From a virus (Duplodnaviria > Heunggongvirae > Uroviricota > Caudoviricetes), in the IMG/VR virus record IMGVR_UViG_3300045016_000151, positions 1-18,077 of that record: 18,077 nt of DNA, one strand, 5' to 3'. Below, in pieces: positions 1-7,022 of this stretch. Numbering within the stretch: position 1 is the first letter of the stretch; every line of letters starts with the position of its first letter. Made by a program: the position numbers and the translations under genes. The notes under the pieces are model-generated. The model was not told where the DNA came from. It searched no databases and saw only the letters and a list, made by a program, of their open reading frames with translations.

Positions 1-2
1 CA

Positions 3-347
3 TATCGCAGAACACATAAAATCTTCGGCACCGTAATTCATACCTGTCATCATGGCTGTCGATCCAGAAGATATTTTTGGCATGGAACTATTCGTCCATG
101 GCTCTACTACCAACATGCCTATGAGCACCATATACACAGTGCGTTTGATGATGCTTTTAAGTTTAATGTATGGAGAGCAGACCCGAAATACAATAGGGAT
201 GTAGTTATAAAGGAGTGCTATGCAATGCTGTTACGGTATATTATCCAACGTAAAAATCGTTATACAACCCCCATCCCAATTGCAGGAAATTATATTACTT
301 ATCATCATCACCCTGGCCTAACCTCAATACATTCCAGAAAAAAATGA
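3..347 (+). CDS. 5'-truncated hypothetical protein (His-rich; ...YRRTHKIFGTVIHTCHHGCRSRRYFWHG...SIHSRKK*), not in ORF track
   Basis: Frame 3 is open from the window start to TGA 345-347, which overlaps the next ATG at 344 (ATGA coupling). Confidence 0.7.
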   Translation, partial: YRRTHKIFGTVIHTCHHGCRSRRYFWHGTIRPWLYYQHAYEHHIHSAFDDAFKFNVWRADPKYNRDVVIKECYAMLLRYIIQRKNRYTTPIPIAGNYITYHHHPGLTSIHSRKK

Positions 348-652
348 AATTTATTGACGAAGAGTTGAATACATACATAGCCAAGGTATCGGGTTATAAA
401 ATCGACACTATGGTCGACGGCCTGCTTTTATATGCAAAATTAATGAAGTTTAAAGTTTGTTTTAGCGAAAATTATAAGGAACTGGCGGTTATTGCAAATG
501 CAAACGACTTTACATGGTATTATGCTGATGAAAACTTCTTGTATATGAGATATAATGAAAACACTCGTGTTCAAACAGTACCTATTTATATAGCCACAAA
601 AGCCGTATATTCGGGAATTATAAAATGCTTAGTACAACCCCCATCAAGATGA
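344..652 (+). CDS. hypothetical protein, 102 aa
   Basis: ATGA overlaps at both ends (344 and 649-652); no recognisable motif. Confidence 0.7.
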   Translation: MKFIDEELNTYIAKVSGYKIDTMVDGLLLYAKLMKFKVCFSENYKELAVIANANDFTWYYADENFLYMRYNENTRVQTVPIYIATKAVYSGIIKCLVQPPSR

Positions 653-1863
653 ACGCTGACAAACATTTGGTAATGGTTACGACTGACAATAATAATAAAT
701 ATTACGATATGCATGATAATGATGACGGTACATTTACCGCCACATGGGGGCGTATCGGTGTCACAACGTCTAATCAGACTTACCCGATAAAACAGTGGAA
801 TAGTAAGTTTAATGAAAAGGTAAAAAAGGGTTACACAGATCAATCGCATTTATTTATAAAACCAACTACTACTTCAAAACTACTTACAATTTCCGACGGA
901 AATATTAATGCGCTCGTAACTCTGTTACAGGGTTACGCAAATAAATCGATCGATGATAATTATACGGTTGATGCAAAAGTTGTCACACAAGCACAAGTAA
1001 ATGAAGCGCAAAAAATTATGAACGAACTCACGATATTTGTGAATAAATGTTCGGTTGACGCAGATGAAGTCAATGAAAAATTAATACTGTTATACGGAGT
1101 TATTCCACGTCGTATGTCTAATGTAAAAGATCATATTCTATACAAAGACACAAATCCACAAATGAAATTACGACTACAGAATTTTATAACCGCAGAGCAA
1201 GATACATTGGACGTTATGGCCGGTCAAGTGTCCGCACAGGCTGCAACTATACAAACCACTAAATCCAATTATACAATTTTGGACGCCATCGGTGTTGAAT
1301 GCAAACTCGTTGAAGACAAACAAACAGAGCAGAAAATTCTAAAGGCTATGGGTAACGACGCCAACAGACTTTTAACTGCTTATGAAATTGTGCATACTTC
1401 CTCAGCTGATAAGTATGCTAAAAATCTCGCGAGTTCCAAAAATAAAACCACAGAACTGTATTGGCATGGGTCACGTAATGAAAATTGGTGGAGTATATTG
1501 CAAACAGGATTACTGGTACGACCTACGAACGCCGTAATAACTGGCAAGATGTTTGGGTACGGTATATATGGTGCGGACAAATTCCAAAAGTCATTTGGAT
1601 ATACGTCTGGTAATAATTCTTATTGGGCACGTGGTAATCAAAACACGGCATTCTTAGGATTATTTGAATTTCATATGGGCAATACATTAACTGTACGACG
1701 TCACGAGCATTGGCAGTCTGAATTAACTCATAAGAAATTACGTGAACGCGGAGATTATGATAGTCTTACCGCTCTAGGCGGGGCTGATCTAAGAAACAAT
1801 GAGTTTATAGTATACCAGGAAGAACAACTAACTATTCGATATCTAATAAAGGTAAAAGGATGA
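649..1863 (+). CDS. PARP-family ADP-ribosyltransferase (WGR + helical regulatory + catalytic domain)
   Basis: N-terminal NNNKYY...TWGRIG...KVKKGY (WGR domain). QVNEAQKIMNEL...LYGVIPRRM resembles the PARP helical domain. Catalytic motifs YWHGSRNENWWSILQTGL, GKMFGYGIYGAD, KSFGY, NNEFIVY give the H-Y-E triad. Start moved from 625 to ATG 649 (ATGA overlap with the upstream stop). Confidence 0.93.
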   Translation: MNADKHLVMVTTDNNNKYYDMHDNDDGTFTATWGRIGVTTSNQTYPIKQWNSKFNEKVKKGYTDQSHLFIKPTTTSKLLTISDGNINALVTLLQGYANKSIDDNYTVDAKVVTQAQVNEAQKIMNELTIFVNKCSVDADEVNEKLILLYGVIPRRMSNVKDHILYKDTNPQMKLRLQNFITAEQDTLDVMAGQVSAQAATIQTTKSNYTILDAIGVECKLVEDKQTEQKILKAMGNDANRLLTAYEIVHTSSADKYAKNLASSKNKTTELYWHGSRNENWWSILQTGLLVRPTNAVITGKMFGYGIYGADKFQKSFGYTSGNNSYWARGNQNTAFLGLFEFHMGNTLTVRRHEHWQSELTHKKLRERGDYDSLTALGGADLRNNEFIVYQEEQLTIRYLIKVKG

Positions 1864-2150
1864 AAAAGCTAACACCTGCATTACAAGTATTAGTCGATCA
1901 GAAAGTCCGAGAGAATGCGGATAAAATTATCAACACTGTTATAAAGAAAAATGCTGATCGTATTTTAGCCGGCTTAAACGAATATTTACAAAGCGATGAA
2001 TTTAAACGAAAACTGTTGGCTACGGCGAAACTCGAAATTGACGACCGTATAGAAAACGAGAATTTGGATTCAATACTTACTCCAGCAAATTACAGGAAAT
2101 TTATTGTTAACTTCCAAGATACCGTCGCACGTATTCTCGGTGTAAAATGA
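1860..2150 (+). CDS. hypothetical protein, 96 aa, predicted helical
   Basis: ATGA-coupled to the PARP stop; no motif. Confidence 0.7.
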   Translation: MKKLTPALQVLVDQKVRENADKIINTVIKKNADRILAGLNEYLQSDEFKRKLLATAKLEIDDRIENENLDSILTPANYRKFIVNFQDTVARILGVK

Positions 2151-2316
2151 AATTCTTAAAACAAATCGTGGCGGTACTTATAGCCTTTATACCGACATGG
2201 TTATTCTTAATAGTAAAGGCCCTTTCAAGTCCAGAGGGATTTTGACAACAGTTGGTAATGTACTGCAATTGATTTTAATCCTTATCTGGTTTTCATTTAT
2301 AATATGGGAAAAATAA
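2147..2316 (+). pseudogene. small two-TM membrane protein apparently split by a -1 frameshift (or two overlapping micro-ORFs, 2147-2245 and 2197-2316)
   Basis: ATG 2147 gives MKFLKQIVAVLIAFIPTWLFLIVKALSSPEGF* (TGA 2243-2245). The -1 frame continues LTTVGNVLQLILILIWFSFIIWEK* to TAA 2314-2316, just before the next ATG at 2318. Confidence 0.45.
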
Positions 2317-2317
2317 T

Positions 2318-2671
2318 ATGTCAAACAAAGCTTTAGCAGCAGCACTCGCCACGTTACAACGTGCCGGGCAACTGAAACAAGTTGGAAGCGCTCTTTGTGT
2401 ACCAGTGAATGATGAAGTTATACATGATACAGCACTGGAATTGATTGAAAAACAGGGGTTTGTTACTACCCTACAAATTAAAAAGCAGTTACGATCGACC
2501 GGTTACTTTGTAAAGCAATATCAAATAAGTCAGGCGATGACCGATATGGTCGATAATGGTGAAGTATGTTTTACCAATGTCGATACACACGGAACTACGC
2601 ATCGCTTATTTTTCGATGAACAAACACCGGAACCGATAGCAGTAGCGGCTTATTACACAACAGTAAAATAA
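2318..2671 (+). CDS. hypothetical protein, 117 aa (possible winged-helix-like central part)
   Basis: Clean ORF. ALELIEKQGFVTTLQIKKQLRSTGYFVKQYQISQAM followed by beta-like segments is only suggestive of wHTH. Confidence 0.65.
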   Translation: MSNKALAAALATLQRAGQLKQVGSALCVPVNDEVIHDTALELIEKQGFVTTLQIKKQLRSTGYFVKQYQISQAMTDMVDNGEVCFTNVDTHGTTHRLFFDEQTPEPIAVAAYYTTVK

Positions 2672-2676
2672 CATGT

Positions 2677-2696
2677 GGAGAGTAGCAATACTCTCC
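2677..2696 (+). promoter_or_regulatory. perfect 8-bp RNA hairpin with GNRA (GCAA) tetraloop upstream of nadE
   Basis: GGAGAGTA-GCAA-TACTCTCC lies in the 40-nt gap, followed by SD-like AGAAAGG (2701-2707) and ATG 2712. Confidence 0.6.
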
Positions 2697-2711
2697 TTCA
2701 AGAAAGGTAAT

Positions 2712-3521
2712 ATGAAAAAACTAAACATATCTAAGGTATTATTATACCTTGTAGCACAAATACAAAAACGATTTAAAGCTGCTGGATATAGCAAAGCCAT
2801 TATTGGTTTATCTGGTGGGTTAGACAGTGCAACTGTCGCGGCATTAGCCGTTTTGGCATTAGGTCGGAAAAATGTTAGTTGTATTTATTTGCCGGCACTG
2901 GTCTCATCCGAGCGCTCTTTAAGGTTGGCAGAAGGTTTCTGTACAATTAATGAAGTATTTTTCAAGAGTAGCTCTATACAACCCATAGTCGATCGTTTTT
3001 CTGTCGAGTTGCCTATGAATTGTCTTTCGATTCCATATCAAAATTTACAGGCTCGCGTTCGCGGCGTTGTTCTTATGACTAAAGCAAATATTGATCATGG
3101 ATTAGTTATTGCAACTGGCAACAAATCCGAAAACTTAACAGGTTATTGTACATTATATGGTGACACTGTTGGCGCATTTGAGCCGCTAGGTGATTTATAT
3201 AAAACCGAAGTAATTGAATTAGCGTGTTATATTAATAAAATGACTACGGTACAAATATTGAATGAAATTATAGAACGTCCCCCTACCGCCGAATTAGCAC
3301 CAAATCAAACCGATGAAAAGGAATTGTTGCCATACGATAAGCTGGATCCGCTGCTAGATGGCTTATTAAAAGATACCTCACATAAGACGCTGGCGCGAAA
3401 ACTTCGTATTGCATTAGCGGATGTTGCGCGTATTGACCGAAGAATGAAAAACTCAGCGTTCAAGCGACGACAAACAGCACCAACTATAAAAATTCCTAAA
3501 AGGTGTTATGTCACCAGATAA
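2712..3521 (+). CDS. nadE: NH3-dependent NAD+ synthetase
   Basis: IIGLSGGLDSATVA (PP-loop SGGxDS), NLQARVRG, ATGNKSE..GYCTLYGD, PLGDLYKTEV, PPTAEL..NQTDE, AFKRR. No glutaminase domain. Start 2712 preferred over 2673 because of the SD and because 2673-2711 holds the hairpin. Confidence 0.95.
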   Translation: MKKLNISKVLLYLVAQIQKRFKAAGYSKAIIGLSGGLDSATVAALAVLALGRKNVSCIYLPALVSSERSLRLAEGFCTINEVFFKSSSIQPIVDRFSVELPMNCLSIPYQNLQARVRGVVLMTKANIDHGLVIATGNKSENLTGYCTLYGDTVGAFEPLGDLYKTEVIELACYINKMTTVQILNEIIERPPTAELAPNQTDEKELLPYDKLDPLLDGLLKDTSHKTLARKLRIALADVARIDRRMKNSAFKRRQTAPTIKIPKRCYVTR

Positions 3522-4086
3522 AGAAAAATACTTAACTACCACCTATCCCAAACTCTTTCCACCAAGACATGATCCGCGTGAAAGCTTAATGGTATTTGGT
3601 TTTGAGTGTGGAGATGGGTGGTTTTGGATTATAGATCAGTTATGTGCCATGATACAATGGAAAATTGATCAAGAATTTGAAAATTATAACCGTAAAGTAT
3701 CATATAATAAAATGATAGCCGATGCCCAAGCTGGTAATACCGACGACTTGGACAAATATTTTGAATTCATTGCGGATTTAAAACAGCGTGCCGAACGCAA
3801 AGCAGCCGCTTTAAATGCAGGATTAACGGATATTAAAGATGAAGACAAACCATATCAACCAGAAGTTATACAGGTAAAAGAGAAATATGGTACTTTACGG
3901 TTTTATATATCTGCCAGTTCATCGGAGATACATAATTATATTGCGTTTGCCGAACATTTGTCTGCAACCACATGCGAATTCTGCGGTAGTCATGAAAACA
4001 TCAAGACATCACAAGGCTGGATGATAACCGCTTGTGATAAATGTATACAAAGTCACGAGTCATTAAAAAATAGGAGTTGGAAATGA
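3508..4086 (+). CDS. conserved phage-type hypothetical protein with C-terminal Zn-binding CxxC pair
   Basis: FECGDGWFWII...QVKEKYGTLRFYI...TTCEFCG...GWMITACDKC, a motif pattern I recall from large-phage hypotheticals; function unknown. Confidence 0.75.
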   Translation: MSPDKEKYLTTTYPKLFPPRHDPRESLMVFGFECGDGWFWIIDQLCAMIQWKIDQEFENYNRKVSYNKMIADAQAGNTDDLDKYFEFIADLKQRAERKAAALNAGLTDIKDEDKPYQPEVIQVKEKYGTLRFYISASSSEIHNYIAFAEHLSATTCEFCGSHENIKTSQGWMITACDKCIQSHESLKNRSWK

Positions 4087-4451
4087 ACCCAAAATATTTA
4101 AAAATTACTTCATATATAGTAGGGAATACATTATTATTTATCGTAGAGGAACAAGGTGAATTATGGTATCATTTGAAGGGTTTTAAGTGTCCAAAGCAAA
4201 AGGTCGAATTCACGGACAAAGGATATGCTTGTATCGAACAGCATCCAAGCAAAACTGGTTGGCTCAGAGTTGGTTTGCGGGGTGATTCACGTTACAATGA
4301 CTTTAGAATAGAAGCAGTCAAGAGTGATGATCTTCTCAACATGCAAAAACGTGTCCTAGCTGCACTCGAGGTAGCAGCACAGCATATAGCAACGATAAGT
4401 GATTCAGCTCCAACTACACATTCACCTATTGTAAAAGAATTTAATGCTTAA
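4083..4451 (+). CDS. hypothetical protein, ~122 aa
   Basis: ATG 4083 overlaps the upstream TGA (ATGA); track start 4077 is an alternative. Confidence 0.7.
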   Translation: MNPKYLKITSYIVGNTLLFIVEEQGELWYHLKGFKCPKQKVEFTDKGYACIEQHPSKTGWLRVGLRGDSRYNDFRIEAVKSDDLLNMQKRVLAALEVAAQHIATISDSAPTTHSPIVKEFNA

Positions 4452-4860
4452 AGCCGTAAATCATTACTGGACTCGCGAAGAGGTAGCGAAAGATACAGAA
4501 CATTTATACCTTTTTGGAGAAAATATTGCTGACGCAAAACCAGATCCAATTAGTAAGAAGATCTTTATCCCAACAACGACTCAGGCAGTTATACGTGGAC
4601 TTAAGAACGCAATTGGGATCCCCACCAAAAAAACCCGTGGTACAAACAAAGATGCCTACTTTAACGATACTAATGCCGACTTTGAACTATTCAAGCGTGG
4701 AGTTGATGAAGCGATTGAGAAAGCCAAAAAAGACGGACGACCAATAAAGATCAGCGTATATGGACTAGGTACCGGAGCCGCCGCTGTAAGAGGTGCATTT
4801 AAAAATGGTACCGGGCGATTTTTTGATTACTTATATACACGGTTAGGAGAGCTAGACTAA
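4444..4860 (+). CDS. macrodomain-like protein (putative ADP-ribose binding/processing)
   Basis: LYLFGEN...TQAVIRGLKNAIGIPTKK...IKISVYGLGTGAA. The FGxN, QAxIR and NAxGIPTK pattern plus a C-terminal GxGTG loop resemble phage macro-like families. The CDS itself is solid; the function is inferred. Confidence 0.6.
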   Translation: MLKAVNHYWTREEVAKDTEHLYLFGENIADAKPDPISKKIFIPTTTQAVIRGLKNAIGIPTKKTRGTNKDAYFNDTNADFELFKRGVDEAIEKAKKDGRPIKISVYGLGTGAAAVRGAFKNGTGRFFDYLYTRLGELD

Positions 4861-5087
4861 TGTTCAATATATTAGAGTTGTTAATAATTGTTCCTGCGCT
4901 GTCAGCAATAATTGTACTGACGATACTTTCTTTGATTGACTGGAAATCAAACAACATCTGGTTTTGTGAAAAAATGGGTTGGCACAAGCCACCAGAACGA
5001 GTAGGATTTGACGGCTGTAGTATGGAGGGTTTTTGCCCCAGGTGTGGAAAGCACGTGTTAAGGGATTCACAAGGGAATTGGTTTTGA
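4860..5087 (+). CDS. small membrane-anchored protein with C/H Zn-ribbon-like C-terminus
   Basis: Hydrophobic N-terminus ILELLIIVPALSAIIVLTILSLI, then CEKMGWH...CPRCG; TAATG coupling. Confidence 0.7.
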   Translation: MFNILELLIIVPALSAIIVLTILSLIDWKSNNIWFCEKMGWHKPPERVGFDGCSMEGFCPRCGKHVLRDSQGNWF

Positions 5088-5100
5088 TCAGGAGATTGCC

Positions 5101-5253
5101 ATAAAAGAACATTTTACATTAACAATAGATTTATTTACCCTAGTATGGCTTACTATTGGTGTCATTTTGTGTTTAAACAATTTAATTAGCTGGTGGGTAC
5201 TATTACTCATTGGCCTTTCACACGTTCACGCAAAATTGGATTTTCATATATGA
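5101..5253 (+). CDS. 50-aa hydrophobic protein with non-canonical (ATA) or mutated start, not in ORF track
   Basis: GGAG at 5091-5094, 6 nt before ATA 5101. Frame reads IKEHFTLTIDLFTLVWLTIGVILCLNNLISWWVLLLIGLSHVHAKLDFHI*. The TGA overlaps the next ATG at 5250. Confidence 0.5.
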   Translation: MKEHFTLTIDLFTLVWLTIGVILCLNNLISWWVLLLIGLSHVHAKLDFHI

Positions 5254-5459
5254 TACACAAATTCTTTTTATACATAACAAATAACTTGCCAACGTCCTGT
5301 CATGAAGAAGTTTTCGACACGATATTTTTCATACTCAATTCGATTGCATTAGTTGTAGGTATTATTATACTAATCCTAGTAAATGAACCGCAATGGATAG
5401 CATTTCTTGTAATTGAGTATGACTGGGCATTGGATAATATAAGGCATAATAGACTGTGA
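5250..5459 (+). CDS. small membrane protein, 69 aa
   Basis: ATG 5250 in an ATGA overlap (preferred over track start 5193); hydrophobic stretch IFFILNSIALVVGIIILILV. Confidence 0.65.
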   Translation: MIHKFFLYITNNLPTSCHEEVFDTIFFILNSIALVVGIIILILVNEPQWIAFLVIEYDWALDNIRHNRL

Positions 5460-5845
5460 TGTCTTGGTTCGAAGCTGGTGCCTATAAAGATCCTCGACAA
5501 TTAAAAGGAGTCTGGATTCGTTTTAGTGCCGAATCCGATATAATGAAACGATTATATAAAACAAAACTACTCCGTTGGACCGATTATCCGTTATGGATGG
5601 CTATTGAAGAATATAACAAAGAACGCAATGAGTTGGGTGTTTATATATGGTGTAAAAATATTACTGATGTATTAAGAGGTAAATCCAGATATAATGTAAT
5701 ATTTATGTGGATTCCATATGATCCGCATTTGTCTTGTGAGGGCGATCTTGGGAAAGGATTAATAAAAAGTGAAAACAAAAAAAGAACTAAAGCAACAGGC
5801 GTGGGTCGAACGAAAGCAAAAACGAAATATCGAAAGAAAACTTAA
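5456..5845 (+). CDS. hypothetical protein with basic C-terminal tail
   Basis: GTGA/TGATG coupling to the upstream stop; no known motif. Confidence 0.65.
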   Translation: MMSWFEAGAYKDPRQLKGVWIRFSAESDIMKRLYKTKLLRWTDYPLWMAIEEYNKERNELGVYIWCKNITDVLRGKSRYNVIFMWIPYDPHLSCEGDLGKGLIKSENKKRTKATGVGRTKAKTKYRKKT

Positions 5846-5891
5846 ACGTAAGTCACGTAACCGCGCAATGCGCAGAAAGTTCGGATTGTAG
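5769..5891 (+). CDS. 40-aa highly basic micro-protein (MKTKKELKQQAWVERKQKRNIERKLKRKSRNRAMRRKFGL), not in ORF track
   Basis: GTG 5769 to TAG 5889-5891, which overlaps the GTG start of the next gene (TAGTG) and fills the 5846-5890 gap. 18 of 40 residues are K/R. Confidence 0.5.
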   Translation: MKTKKELKQQAWVERKQKRNIERKLKRKSRNRAMRRKFGL

Positions 5892-6259
5892 TGTCCACGT
5901 CAGATCGTGAGTTATTAAGAAAATGTGATCGCTTGGCACAGTTTATGAGCGTTCAGCAAGAAATAATTAAACGTCATATAGATGAACATAAATGGTATAG
6001 ACATATATCAGATACCACCGAAGCCGTCGCTGCTTTTAGCGATGAATACGGCTGGTTAATTCGCGAAGTGTGGTGCCGTTATACATGTCCAATTCGTAAT
6101 CAATGCACACTTTCAAAAAGTGGAGCCAAAATGAGAGCGATTACTACACGATTATTCAGAATATGGTGTTGGGCATGGTACGCACATGATCGGGATGTAC
6201 CCGGCCGATCCGTTGAAATATGTGGTCGATGCGGAGCACATATTGTAGGAGATGCCTAA
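5891..6259 (+). CDS. hypothetical Cys-containing protein, possibly two fused ORFs
   Basis: QQEIIKRHIDEHKWY...WCRYTCPIRNQC, then an in-frame internal SD (GGAG 6122-6125) and ATG 6131 before a WC..AH...CGRCG unit. Confidence 0.65.
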   Translation: MSTSDRELLRKCDRLAQFMSVQQEIIKRHIDEHKWYRHISDTTEAVAAFSDEYGWLIREVWCRYTCPIRNQCTLSKSGAKMRAITTRLFRIWCWAWYAHDRDVPGRSVEICGRCGAHIVGDA

Positions 6260-6492
6260 TGTCTGGACTAAGATGCTGTGTTTATTGTGATCGTCCTCTT
6301 ACCAACGAAAACAGTACAAATGTCTGTACTGTCTGTACTGAAGTTCGTGATACTAATTTTAGGAATGCATTCGTATACACTAAGATTTTAATGCTTAATC
6401 TCACCGATGAGCAACGTCGAAGTATAATGCGTGATTACTGCATTCACTGCGGCACACCTAATTTACCCTGTTTTTGTTTAAACGATGAATAA
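6259..6492 (+). CDS. small Zn-finger-like protein, 77 aa
   Basis: TAATG coupling at 6257-6261; CVYC...CTVC and CIHC...CFC motifs. Start moved from 6220. Confidence 0.65.
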   Translation: MSGLRCCVYCDRPLTNENSTNVCTVCTEVRDTNFRNAFVYTKILMLNLTDEQRRSIMRDYCIHCGTPNLPCFCLNDE

Positions 6493-6502
6493 GGAGAAAC
6501 AC

Positions 6503-6652
6503 ATGCAACAACTTTCACCCGAAGATGAAAAGAACATTCGAAATTATGTTGAGGAATTTGAACAACAAGGCAATGCCTCGAACGTATATCATTTACGCAT
6601 GTTATTAAATGAAATAGACCGATTAAGGGAACAATGCCAGATCAAGAACTAG
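6503..6652 (+). CDS. 49-aa hypothetical protein, not in ORF track
   Basis: Strong SD AAGGAG 6491-6496 and ATG 6503; MQQLSPEDEKNIRNYVEEFEQQGNASNVYHLRMLLNEIDRLREQCQIKN*. Confidence 0.7.
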   Translation: MQQLSPEDEKNIRNYVEEFEQQGNASNVYHLRMLLNEIDRLREQCQIKN

Positions 6653-6948
6653 ATACTTGGATTTGCCAGGCACTAAAACTTCCGAAAATGGAATTAGATT
6701 CTGACACCTTATTTAGTATAATAAAATATTTTTTCCCCGCAGCAGATTTTTGTGCCGATGAAAAAACTATAAAAGAAGTTGGTGCCGCATATATAAGGCT
6801 ATTGAATAGTGACAATGCTAGAGATTTAATTTTAATTGAAGAGCCCAATATCAAAAAAGTTAATCGAGCTTTATATATTGTTGTTATAGCAATAGCAAAA
6901 ACTGTCGAACAAGGAAAAGACACAATTGAGGTCTTAAAATTTCTATGA
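6634..6948 (+). CDS. hypothetical protein, 104 aa
   Basis: Clean ORF in the same-strand array. Confidence 0.7.
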   Translation: MPDQELDTWICQALKLPKMELDSDTLFSIIKYFFPAADFCADEKTIKEVGAAYIRLLNSDNARDLILIEEPNIKKVNRALYIVVIAIAKTVEQGKDTIEVLKFL

Positions 6949-7022
6949 AAATATCAAAAAAGCTGATCGCTGCCTGGTGGCCATTTTCCTTTGCCCTAAA
7001 AGCTATGGAGTCGCACTAAGAT

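Noticed and set aside
263-645. Identical 13-mer TACAACCCCCATC at 263-275 and 633-645
   Set aside because: Both copies are inside coding sequence, only two were seen, and a few 13-mer matches are expected by chance in 18 kb of AT-rich DNA.
6322-6339. Tandem GTCTGTACT x2
   Set aside because: Simply encodes VCTVCT in a Cys-rich protein; too short to be a repeat element.
6945-7019. 24-aa ORF MKISKKLIAAWWPFSFALKAMESH filling the gap before the ligase
   Set aside because: ATGA-coupled and plausible, but too short to support without conservation or translation data.
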